The notes under the pieces are model-generated. The model had not been told where the DNA came from. It ran no database searches and worked only from the letters and a program-made list of their open reading frames with translations. Source: a bacterium (GTDB taxonomy: Bacteria; JADJOY01). Taken from it: a DNA stretch of 20,000 nt. Position numbers and translations under genes: made by a program. This document shows, in pieces, positions 7,737-16,183 of this stretch. The stretch covers positions 48,060 to 68,059 of the forward strand of contig JAXLQJ010000041.1 in the NCBI GenBank assembly GCA_046331705.1, in the 5' to 3' direction. Position 1 is the first letter of the stretch. Each line of letters begins with the position of its first letter.

Positions 7737-10700
7737 TCACCAATCGATTCCGACCGCACCGTCACCGCCATGACCGTCCTGTGAGTCTCCCTCGCCCGAC
7801 GAGCTCTTGCTCGGGCGCCGCTGCTCGCCCGGCAAGCTGTCGAGGATTCGTTGCGCATCCTCGGCCGCCTGCTCGCCCTCGTCCTTGGCGTCGGGCTTGC
7901 GCTCGTTGCCGTGCCCCTGGCCGGCGTTCGCCGACGAATCGTTGCTCTTCTCGCTCTGGAGCCCTTCCCGGCCCGACTCCTTCTCTCCCTTCGCCGGCGG
8001 AACCTTCTCCTGCGGCGCATCGCCGGGGCGCTTCGAGAGCGCGGCGACGTTCGCTTCGATGTCGCCGACCTCGACCTTGGGCTTCGCCCCTCGCTCGCTC
8101 GCGTCGTCCTCGAGCTTGGCGAGCTGCTCGCCCAGCTTGCGCAGCGACTCGGCGAGCTGCTTACGCTCATCGGCGCTCTGCGACTGCTCGAGCTGACGTC
8201 GCACGCGCGCCATCTCGCTGCGAAGCTGCTCGGCGCGCTGTTGCTCGGGACTCTGTTGCGGCTCGGGTGGCCGGTCGGCCATGGCCTGGAGGGCGGCGAG
8301 ATCGAGCTTGAGCTTGCCGACCTGGACCTGACCCTGCTGCCGCTCTGCGGAGCTCGTCGCCTTGCCCACCGCATCCTGCGCCGCCTTGATCTCGAGCTCC
8401 TTGAGCTTGATCTGCGCGTCGACGTCGCGCTGCGGAGTGCCCCCCGCCATCGCCGCCTCGTTCACCTGCATGCGGTCGAGCTCCATCTGCAACTCGAGCG
8501 CCTGCTGCGGATCGCCCGCCTGCGCGATCTCCGCCTTCTTGGCCGCGATCTTGCGCTGCGCCTCCTCACGCGCCGCGGCGAGCTGCTCGGGCGTCATGGC
8601 CTCACGCGGCGGGAGCTGCTGCTGGAGCTGGGCGAGCTGACCCTCGAGGTCGCGCTGCTCGGCTTCGAGCTTGGCGCGCTCCTCGGCGGAGCGCGCCTGA
8701 GCCAGCTTCTTCTGTGTGGCGTCGAGCTTGCGCTCGAGGTCCTCGGCGCGTTGCAGATCCGCCAGCTCCTTCTGCAGCTCCTCGCGTTCCTTCGGGTCCT
8801 TGGTCTTCGCCAGATCTTCCCGCTTCTCGGCGATTCGCTTCGCGAGCTCCGCGGCATCGGGCCGCGGCTCCGGGACCTGAGGCTTCGCCTCGGCGCCGAT
8901 CGCGTCCTCGACCTTGACGAGCGTCGCTTCGAGGTCCCGCTTCTGCGCCTCGAGCTTGCGCCGCTCTTCGGCGGACTTCGCTTGCTCGAGCTTCCGCTCG
9001 GTGTCGTCGAGCTTGCGCTCGAGATCCGCCGCCTGCTCGAGGGCCGCGAGCTCCTGCGCGAGCTGCTCGCGCTGGCGCGGGTCCTTGGCCTTGGCGATCT
9101 CCGTGCGCTTCGCCTCGATCCGTCGTGCCAGGTCCGCGGCGTCCGGTCGCTTCTCGGTACCGGCCTCGTCCTTGTCGGACGCGAGGGATCGTTCGACTCG
9201 CGCGAGCTCGGCGGCTAGCTCGCGCTGCTCCGCCTGCAATTGCTTTCGCTCGTCGGCGGATTTCGCTTGCGTGAGCTTCCGCTCGGTCTCGCCCAGCTTG
9301 CGCTCGAGATCCGCGGCCCGCTCGAGATCCGCCAGCTCTTGCGCCAGCTCCTCGCGCTGGCGCGCGTCCTTCGTCTTCGCCAGGTCGTCGCGCTTCCGTG
9401 CGATCCGCTTCGCCAGCTCGGCCGCGTCCGGACGCTTCTCGGTGCCGGTCTCGTCCTTCTCGGAATCGAGGGATTGCTCGACGCGCGCGAGCTCGGCGCT
9501 GAGCTCGCGCTGCTCCGCCTGCAATCGCTCTCGCTCGTCGGGCGATTTCGCCTGCGCGAGCTTCTTCCCGGTCTCGTCCAGCCTGGCCTTCAGCGCCTCC
9601 GCCAACTGTTGTTCGGCCGCTCGGTCCGGATCGGTCGCGAGCGCGGCTTCCGCCTTGGCCAGCTTCGCTTCCAGGTCGCGCTTCTCCGCGTCGAGCTTGG
9701 CGCGCTCTTCCTTGGACTTGGCCTGCTCCATCTTCTGATCGACCGCGTCGAGCTTCTTCTCGAGCTCACGGGCAGTCGCCAGGTTGGTCATCTGCTCTTT
9801 GCGCACCGCCAGCTCGCGCTTGGCGTCCGCGAGCTGCCGCTCGAGCGCCTCGCGCTCCTTCGGGTCGGTTGCCTCCTTGGCGAGCTTGGTCTCGAGGGTC
9901 GTCACCTCGTCCTCGAGATCGCGGGTGCGGTCCTCGGCGACCTTGCGAAACGCGTCCGTCCGCATGCGCTGCTGCTGCTCGCGCCGCGCGGCGGCCTCGC
10001 GCTCCTTCTTCTCGATCTCCTTCGCCCGCTCGTCGAGCTTCGCCAGCCGATCCTGGATCTCCTGCGCCTGACGCTGGATCTCGGTGCGCTCCTTGCGCTC
10101 CGCGCGTTGCCTGTCCTCGTCGCGCGGATCGAGCTTCTCGCGCGCGGCCTCGAGCTTCTCGCGGGCCTTCGCGGTGTCCGCGAGCTTCGTGCGCGCGTCG
10201 CGCTCCTCCTCGAGCGCCAGCTTCCGCAGCGGGTCGCTCGCACGGGCGATGTCGCGCTCGAGCTCCGTCAGGCGGCGCTCGTTGTTCTTGGCTTGCTCCG
10301 CCGTGAGCTGATCGCGCTTCGCGTCGAGCTCGGCTTGCTGCCGCTCCACGTTGCGCTCGCGCTCCGCCAGCTCTTGCTCGCGCTTGGCGAGCTCGCGCAA
10401 TTGCTCGCGGAGCTGCTCGCTCTGCTGCTGGTCGCGCTGCTCGAGCTCGTCGGGACGGGCGCTCTGCTGTTGCCGATCGCGCTCCGCGGCGAGCTGCGCG
10501 ATCTCGACGCGCATCTCGCCGGCGCGGATTTCCAGGCTGCGCTTCGCCTCGGGCGAGGGCGCATCGGCGAGCGCCTTCTGCGTGGACTTGAGCTCGATCT
10601 CGGCCGCATGGATCCGATCGTTGAGCGACTGCAATCCTTGCTCGCGCAGATCCGACTCGAGCCGCGTGCGCTCGAGACCGAGGTCGCGGCGCTCACGCTC

Positions 10701-12986
10701 GCCGAGCTCGGACTTCGCCAGCTTCTGGTCGATCTCCGAGATCCGCTCGCGCAGCTCGCCACGGCGCTCGATCGCCGCCAGCTCGGCCTCGGCGGGGTTG
10801 CGCTCGGCCTCGAGCTGCTCCCGCTCCGCGCGCTGGCGCTCGCTTTCGCGCCGGGTCGCGTGCTCGTCCTCGCGCAGCTTGTCGAGCGCCGTGTCGAGCG
10901 CGGCGTCGGTCGCGTCGTGTTCCTTCAGGCGGTCGCGCAACGCCGCGTCACGCTGCTCGAGCAGGACGACCGCGTCCTCGATGACGTTGCTCTGCTGCTT
11001 GCGGGCATCCTCGGCCTGCTTGCTCTGCTCGAGCGCCACCTCCTCGAGCGAGCCCGCCAGCTCCTTGGCCTTGTCGGCGCGCTCCTCGAGGTCCTCGTTC
11101 TGCTTCTCGATGGCCTCGTGCTTCTCCTCGATCTTCTGGGTCTTGCGCTCGGTCTGCAGCAGGGCGTCGATGGCTTCGCGCTGCTGCTCGGCGCTCTTGG
11201 CGTTCGCCATGTCGCGGATCAGCTCCTCGGCCGCATCCGTGACCTTCGCCTCGCGATCGAGGGCGTTCGCCTGACGCGCCAGCGAATCCTCGTGGTCGGT
11301 CGCGACGTCGCCCGTGGTCTGCCCGAGCCGCACCAGGCCGGCGGCGGCGGCGTCCGCCGCCCGCTCCGCCGCCTTCACGCGCTGCTCCAGCTCCGCGCTC
11401 TGGTACTCGGCGCCGACCTTTCCGACCTCGGCCTTGAGCTGGCTGAGCTCGTCCTGCGCGATCGACGCGACCGCGGCGCTGAACGCCTGCGCCGCCTTGT
11501 CGATGCTGGGCCGCATCTGCTGATCGATGGCGGCCTGGTGCTCGGCCACCATCTCGCGCAGCTCGGCGCGCTGCGCGTCGGGATCGGAGGTGCGCCGATC
11601 GATCTCGGCGGCTTCCTTGGCGAGCTGCGGGGCGATCGCCGCCCACCGCTCGGCGCGCTCGGTGGCGAGCGCCTCGGTGTGCTTCTCGAGCTCCGCTTGC
11701 GCCCTCCGCAGGATGTCGGACTCGGTCTCGTTCACCTCGCGTTCGATCGCATCCAGCGCAGCGGCTTCCTCCTTCGAGGTCTTGGCGTTCGCGGGGCGCG
11801 CCGTGGAGTCGGCGATGGTGCCAGCGTCGTTGCCGAGCGCCGCCTGCATCGCGCCCATGAGGCTGGCGCTCAGCTCGTCGCCAGCAGCGTGCACGGCTTC
11901 CGTGATCGTGCTCATCGCCTCCGCGTTCGCCTCGCCCGCATCGGTCGTGCCGCTGCGGTTACCCGTGCTCGGCGCTCCGCCGCTCTCGCGCAGCTGGGTG
12001 GCGAGTTGCTCGGGCGTGATCGAGGGCGGCGCGTCGAGCAGTGTCTGCAGGATCGTGTCCTGCTCCTTGCTGTCGCCGCCCGCGCCCGACTGGCCCGATG
12101 TCGTACGACGTCCGCCATGCGCGCTCTGCGCACCGTCCGTGTTGGACGACCCCGCCTGCTCGGCGAACGTCTGCTCGATCGCCTGGTTCGCCGCGCTCTT
12201 CACGTTGGGAACCATCGATCCGGCGCCCACCTGATCCGCCGCGGCGGCCAGCGCGCCCGGCGCGCTGCCGCTTCCTCGTCCCGCCCCGGATCCCGATCCC
12301 GATTGAGAGGCGTCGTCGAGCGCGTCCTGGGCAGCGCCGAGGGCCTGATCGAGGGCCGTCGTGACGTTCGGGTCCTTCGCCAGCGAGCTGGTCGCGACGA
12401 GCAGCTCGTCGAAGAGGCTCGGCAACGGCAGGCGCTGCCCGCTCGTCGCCGCCGCGCTCGCAGGGTTCCCGGCGCCAGCACTGACCCCGGCTCCGAACGA
12501 ATCGCCGGAACTTCGCCCACCGCCGCCACCCTCCTCGCCCGAGGCGAGCCGGATCATGTACTCGAGGTTGTGCTTGGCCTCGATGTCGTCGGGCACCACC
12601 TTGAGCGCGAGCTTGTAGTGGCGGACCGCCTCCTTGAGGTCGCCGAGGCGGAAGTACGTGTTGCCGAGGTTGTACTGGGCGCGCGCGGTGAGGTCCGGAT
12701 CCTCGCCCGCGATCGCGCGAGCATAGGACTGCATCGCACGGTCGTATTGACCGAGCCGGTAGTACACGTTGCCCAGGTTGTAGTGGACGAAGATGTCGGC
12801 GGGATCGGTCTTGAGCGCCTCCTCGAGCACCTTGCGGGCTTCGTCGAAGCGCCCGGCCTGGTACTCGAGGATCGCCTGCTCGACCCGCTCACGGGCCGTG
12901 CGGCTCACCTCCAGCGCCCGCGCCACGCTGCTGCTTGCGACCAGCGAACCGACCACGAACCACGTCTTCCATGCGTTGCCACGCAT
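7737..12986 (-). CDS. Giant BatC-like protein (1749 aa): signal peptide, about 3 TPRs, G/S-rich linkers, long charged helical/coiled-coil repeat region, BatC-type C-terminus
   Basis: Strong SD GGAGGT 7 nt before ATG 12986; TPRs 'HYNLGNVYYRLGQYDRA', 'AQYNLGNTYFRLGDLKEAVRHYKLALKVVPDDIEAKHNLE'; ends 'EDAQRILDSL...IDW'; sits between batB and batD. Confidence 0.85.
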   Translation of the reverse strand: MRGNAWKTWFVVGSLVASSSVARALEVSRTARERVEQAILEYQAGRFDEARKVLEEALKTDPADIFVHYNLGNVYYRLGQYDRAMQSYARAIAGEDPDLTARAQYNLGNTYFRLGDLKEAVRHYKLALKVVPDDIEAKHNLEYMIRLASGEEGGGGGRSSGDSFGAGVSAGAGNPASAAATSGQRLPLPSLFDELLVATSSLAKDPNVTTALDQALGAAQDALDDASQSGSGSGAGRGSGSAPGALAAAADQVGAGSMVPNVKSAANQAIEQTFAEQAGSSNTDGAQSAHGGRRTTSGQSGAGGDSKEQDTILQTLLDAPPSITPEQLATQLRESGGAPSTGNRSGTTDAGEANAEAMSTITEAVHAAGDELSASLMGAMQAALGNDAGTIADSTARPANAKTSKEEAAALDAIEREVNETESDILRRAQAELEKHTEALATERAERWAAIAPQLAKEAAEIDRRTSDPDAQRAELREMVAEHQAAIDQQMRPSIDKAAQAFSAAVASIAQDELSQLKAEVGKVGAEYQSAELEQRVKAAERAADAAAAGLVRLGQTTGDVATDHEDSLARQANALDREAKVTDAAEELIRDMANAKSAEQQREAIDALLQTERKTQKIEEKHEAIEKQNEDLEERADKAKELAGSLEEVALEQSKQAEDARKQQSNVIEDAVVLLEQRDAALRDRLKEHDATDAALDTALDKLREDEHATRRESERQRAEREQLEAERNPAEAELAAIERRGELRERISEIDQKLAKSELGERERRDLGLERTRLESDLREQGLQSLNDRIHAAEIELKSTQKALADAPSPEAKRSLEIRAGEMRVEIAQLAAERDRQQQSARPDELEQRDQQQSEQLREQLRELAKREQELAERERNVERQQAELDAKRDQLTAEQAKNNERRLTELERDIARASDPLRKLALEEERDARTKLADTAKAREKLEAAREKLDPRDEDRQRAERKERTEIQRQAQEIQDRLAKLDERAKEIEKKEREAAARREQQQRMRTDAFRKVAEDRTRDLEDEVTTLETKLAKEATDPKEREALERQLADAKRELAVRKEQMTNLATARELEKKLDAVDQKMEQAKSKEERAKLDAEKRDLEAKLAKAEAALATDPDRAAEQQLAEALKARLDETGKKLAQAKSPDERERLQAEQRELSAELARVEQSLDSEKDETGTEKRPDAAELAKRIARKRDDLAKTKDARQREELAQELADLERAADLERKLGETERKLTQAKSADERKQLQAEQRELAAELARVERSLASDKDEAGTEKRPDAADLARRIEAKRTEIAKAKDPRQREQLAQELAALEQAADLERKLDDTERKLEQAKSAEERRKLEAQKRDLEATLVKVEDAIGAEAKPQVPEPRPDAAELAKRIAEKREDLAKTKDPKEREELQKELADLQRAEDLERKLDATQKKLAQARSAEERAKLEAEQRDLEGQLAQLQQQLPPREAMTPEQLAAAREEAQRKIAAKKAEIAQAGDPQQALELQMELDRMQVNEAAMAGGTPQRDVDAQIKLKELEIKAAQDAVGKATSSAERQQGQVQVGKLKLDLAALQAMADRPPEPQQSPEQQRAEQLRSEMARVRRQLEQSQSADERKQLAESLRKLGEQLAKLEDDASERGAKPKVEVGDIEANVAALSKRPGDAPQEKVPPAKGEKESGREGLQSEKSNDSSANAGQGHGNERKPDAKDEGEQAAEDAQRILDSLPGEQRRPSKSSSGEGDSQDGHGGDGAVGIDW
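8610..9585 (-). repeat. About 3.5 tandem copies of a 285-nt (95-aa) intragenic repeat
   Basis: 'PDAAELAKRI', 'PDAADLARRI' and 'PDAAELAKRI' begin at 9431, 9146 and 8861 (residues 1186, 1281, 1376), exactly 285 nt apart; a half copy precedes them (about 9432-9585). Confidence 0.92.
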
Positions 12987-13998
12987 GACGCCAACCTCCC
13001 AGCGGACTACCCCGCCGTTCGTCGATCAAGGCCTCGACGATGAGCAGCAAGAAGACCAACACCACGATGCCCTGGAACCGTTCCTCCCAATGTTGAGCGC
13101 GTTTGCCACGCAGCTCCTGGGGAATCGTCTTGTCACGGATCTCGCGGTAGAGCCCCGCGACGTTGAGCTCGCCGCTGGCGGATCGCACGTACGAGCCGCC
13201 GGTGAGCCGCGCCATCTCGCGCAGGGTGGCTTCGTCCAGGGAGGTCGCCACCAGCTTACCATCCGGGTCCTTCTTGAGATCCACGCCTGCCGCGTCGAGC
13301 GGGATCGGCACCGGGCTGCCGCTGCCGAGCCCGATGGCGAAGATGCGCACACCCGCCTGCGCGGCCTCCTGGGCCGCCGCGATCGGGTCGGAGCCGTGGT
13401 CCTCGCCGTCGGTGATGAGCAGGATCGCCTTGGAATCCGGGCTGGTGCCCTTGAAGAGCCCCAGCGCGGCCTTCACCGCGGTGCCCACGTAGGTGCCGCG
13501 AATGGGCACCGAATCCGTGTTGACGAGGGTGAGGAAGAGCTCGACCGCCCGGTAGTCGAGCGTCATCGGGCACAGCACGAACGGCTGGCCGGCGAACGGC
13601 AGCAACGCCACCTGATCGCCATCGAGCAAGCTCACGAGCTCCTTGAGCTCGAGCTTGGCGCGCTCCAGGCGGTTGGGCGATGCGTCCTGCGCCAGCATGC
13701 TCAGCGAGGTGTCGATCGCCACCACCAACTCGATGCCGCGCCGTTCCAGCGGCTCCCAGGTGTAGCCCCATTGCGGCCGCGCCGCCGCCAGCAGCAGCAG
13801 CGCGAACGCGACCGCGACCAGCCCTTCCTTGACCAGCCGACGCCGCAAGCTCACCGAGGGCGTCAGCCGCGCCGCCAGCAACGGCGCCAGGAACTCGTGG
13901 AGCTTCCGCCGCCGCAACCGGTGCGCCCACCAGAACACGCCGAGCAGCGCAGGCAGCAGCAGCAACGCCCACAGGTGGTACGGCGCGCCGATCCTCAT
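12889..13998 (-). CDS. batB: BatB-like VWA domain membrane protein
   Basis: N-terminal TM, 'LLLAAARPQWG', MIDAS 'DTSLSM', 'QDASPNRLERAK', 'PMTLDY', 'LITDGED', C-terminal TM; ATGA overlap with batA. Confidence 0.88.
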   Translation of the reverse strand: MRIGAPYHLWALLLLPALLGVFWWAHRLRRRKLHEFLAPLLAARLTPSVSLRRRLVKEGLVAVAFALLLLAAARPQWGYTWEPLERRGIELVVAIDTSLSMLAQDASPNRLERAKLELKELVSLLDGDQVALLPFAGQPFVLCPMTLDYRAVELFLTLVNTDSVPIRGTYVGTAVKAALGLFKGTSPDSKAILLITDGEDHGSDPIAAAQEAAQAGVRIFAIGLGSGSPVPIPLDAAGVDLKKDPDGKLVATSLDEATLREMARLTGGSYVRSASGELNVAGLYREIRDKTIPQELRGKRAQHWEERFQGIVVLVFLLLIVEALIDERRGSPLGGWRHAWQRMEDVVRGRFAGRKQQRGAGAGGEPHGP

Positions 13999-14990
13999 GG
14001 CACCTTCAGGAAGCGCGTGCGCGCCAGCACCGCTTCGGCGATCAGGAGCAGCGCCGCCACGAACAGCACGTACGGGAAGAGCTCGCGCCAGCTCTGGATG
14101 ATCTCCTCGCGGCGGTCGCTGCGCTCGAGCTGATCGATCTGCGCGTAGATGCTCGTCAGCTCGGCGGTATCCGCGGCGCGGAAGTAGCGGCCGCCGGTCT
14201 CCTCGGCGATCCGTTTCATACCCGGCTCGTCGAGCTTCACCTCTTGCTTGATCGTGCGCTGCACGCCGGTGCTGTCGACGAAGGTGAGCGTGGTGTCCTT
14301 ACCCGTGCCGATGCCGATCGTGTACACCTTGACGCCGAATCCCTTGGCGGTGGTGATGGCCTGATCGATCGTGATGTTCCCGGCGTTGCTCACGCCGTCG
14401 GTGAGCAGGATGACGATCCGCGACTTGGCGTCGGTGTCCTTGAGACGCTGCACGGCGCGGGCGAGACCGTTGCCGAGGGCCGTGGTGTCGCCGGCCTCGC
14501 CGACCTGCACGCGGTCGAGCAGGTCGAGGAGGATGTCGTAGTTGAGCGTGAGCGGGCATTTGGTGAACGCCGCCTCGCCGAAGATCACGACTCCGATGCG
14601 GTCGCCCTTGCGCTTGAGCACGAACTCGCGCACCACGTGCTTGAGCGCCTCGAGCCGGCTCACGCGCTGCTGATCGAGGAAGAAGTCGAGGCCCCGCATC
14701 GAGCCCGAGACGTCCATCGACAGCATGATGTCGATGCCGGAGGCCTTGAGCGGATCGCGCGCGCCGGGCAGCTGCGGCCGCGACGCGGCCAGCACCAAGA
14801 GCGCCAGCACCACCATGCGCAGCCCGCCCAGCCAGCCCAGGCGCCGCCGCGGGTTGGTGCCGCCCACCGCCTTGAGCCGCTGGATGGTCGAGTAGACCAG
14901 CGTGGTGCCGTTGACGCGCTGGATCGGCACCGCGAGCACCAGCGGCACGAACACCAGCAACACCAGGAACGCCGGGCTCTCGAGCCTCAT
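13995..14990 (-). CDS. batA: BatA-like VWA domain membrane protein (331 aa)
   Basis: Start ATG 14990 (MRLESPAFLVLL) overlaps the upstream TGA; 'LAASRPQ', 'GIDIMLSMDVSGSM' (MIDAS), 'DRIGVVIFG', 'TALGNGLARAVQRL', 'ILLTDG', 'IAEETGGRYFRA', 'IYAQIDQLE'. Confidence 0.92.
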   Translation of the reverse strand: MRLESPAFLVLLVFVPLVLAVPIQRVNGTTLVYSTIQRLKAVGGTNPRRRLGWLGGLRMVVLALLVLAASRPQLPGARDPLKASGIDIMLSMDVSGSMRGLDFFLDQQRVSRLEALKHVVREFVLKRKGDRIGVVIFGEAAFTKCPLTLNYDILLDLLDRVQVGEAGDTTALGNGLARAVQRLKDTDAKSRIVILLTDGVSNAGNITIDQAITTAKGFGVKVYTIGIGTGKDTTLTFVDSTGVQRTIKQEVKLDEPGMKRIAEETGGRYFRAADTAELTSIYAQIDQLERSDRREEIIQSWRELFPYVLFVAALLLIAEAVLARTRFLKVP

Positions 14991-16183
14991 GCTTCCGGCT
15001 CCCCGGGCGCTTCCCCCTCGAGCTCCACCGTGGGCACCACCGTGCGCGTGAGGTCGATGAAATAACCGATGTCGTGCCACGTGCCGTCGGACTCGGGAGG
15101 CGTCGGCTCGTGCGCGGCGAACTTGACCTTGTCGGTGCCGCCCATGAAGCGGTCGGCGACCTCGTAGGTGTGCTCGCCCAGATGGGGCGCGTCGGCCAGG
15201 GTCCGCTCGATCTCCTCGCTGGTGCGCACCAGCGCGCTCCACCCGTAGCGGCGCGCGAGGTAGCGCCGGAAGATCAGCGAGAGCTCGACGTAGTGCTCCT
15301 GGAAGCGGCGCTCGGCGAGCAGCTTGCGCTCTTCCAGCGCCTGAAGCTCCTTCAGCGCCAGCTCGTGCGGGAGCAGCGGCCGGTCGAGGACCGGCGCCCG
15401 GCGCCGCAGGCGGAAGATCAGGAACGTGAGGAGGGCGGCCACGGACACGACCACCGCGATCGCCGCCGGCAGCAGCCAGAGCGGCAGCGGGATGCCGCCC
15501 GCCTTGGGCGGCTTGATGTCGACGACGTCGGTGGGCTCCGCGCCCTCGGGGATGACCGAGGCCGCGACCACCTGGATCGGCTCGGTGCGCAGCCGGCGAT
15601 TGCGCCCGTCGCGGTCGAGGTACGTGAGCGGCACCGCGGGAATGCGGTAGTCGCCGGGCATGAAGGCTTGCAGCAGATACTTGCGGCGGCTGACGATGCG
15701 TCCGTCGGTGGTGGGCTGGGCGTCGACGTCGCCACCCGGCAGCACCTCGAACCGGTTCATGCGCCGGAACGTCGGGAACGCCACCTGGACGCCCACGGCG
15801 TGATTCACCGCGACCTCGAGCGTGATCACGTCGCCGACCGTCACCACGTTGCGGTCGACCCACGCGAAGGGCACCGCATCGGGCGGGGTCTCGCCCTCGG
15901 CGACCGGAAGATGCAGCACGTCGGGAGGCTGGTTCGCCGGCAATCCGGGAACCGGCGCGAACTCGCTGCCTGCGGACGGCGTCCCGGAGGCAGCATCCTC
16001 CTCGGCGGGCTCGGAGGTGCGACAGCCGATCCCGCCCACCAGCGCGACGGCCACCAGCGCGGCGCAGACCACCCGGCGCACGGGTCCGGCGGCGGCGCCG
16101 GGGCACGCCCGCCACCCGCGCGGTCCCGTCGCGAGCGCACCGCGCAGCGCGGCGATCGAGGGGAAGGCCGTGGCGTCGGTCAC
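14987..16183 (-). CDS. Conserved Bat-operon membrane/lipoprotein (single BatD-like Ig domain + TM + cytoplasmic helical domain)
   Basis: GTG 16183 overlaps the DUF58 TGA; alternative GTG 16081 gives a clean lipoprotein signal (MRRVVCAALVAVALVGGIG-C). 'VDRNVVTVGDVITLEV', 'DIKPP', TM, 'PHELALKELQAL', 'LSLIFRRYL', 'DKVKFA' are typical of the gene between DUF58 and batA. Confidence 0.8.
   Translation of the reverse strand: MTDATAFPSIAALRGALATGPRGWRACPGAAAGPVRRVVCAALVAVALVGGIGCRTSEPAEEDAASGTPSAGSEFAPVPGLPANQPPDVLHLPVAEGETPPDAVPFAWVDRNVVTVGDVITLEVAVNHAVGVQVAFPTFRRMNRFEVLPGGDVDAQPTTDGRIVSRRKYLLQAFMPGDYRIPAVPLTYLDRDGRNRRLRTEPIQVVAASVIPEGAEPTDVVDIKPPKAGGIPLPLWLLPAAIAVVVSVAALLTFLIFRLRRRAPVLDRPLLPHELALKELQALEERKLLAERRFQEHYVELSLIFRRYLARRYGWSALVRTSEEIERTLADAPHLGEHTYEVADRFMGGTDKVKFAAHEPTPPESDGTWHDIGYFIDLTRTVVPTVELEGEAPGEPEA

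Noticed and set aside
8610-9585. Repeats as a CRISPR array or mobile-element repeat
   Set aside because: Period is 285 nt, in frame, degenerate at the codon level, with no repeat-spacer structure and no cas or transposase genes.
7737-12986. Giant protein as SMC, phage tape measure or chemoreceptor
   Set aside because: No Walker A/B or hinge, no phage genes, no MCP signalling motif; it has a signal peptide, TPRs and the BatC operon position.
7851-13043. Long + strand ORFs (9240-13043, 1267 aa; 7851-9218, 455 aa)
   Set aside because: Antisense shadows of the giant gene; their L/R/V/G-rich content is the reverse complement of E/K/Q/A codons in GC-rich DNA; no motifs.
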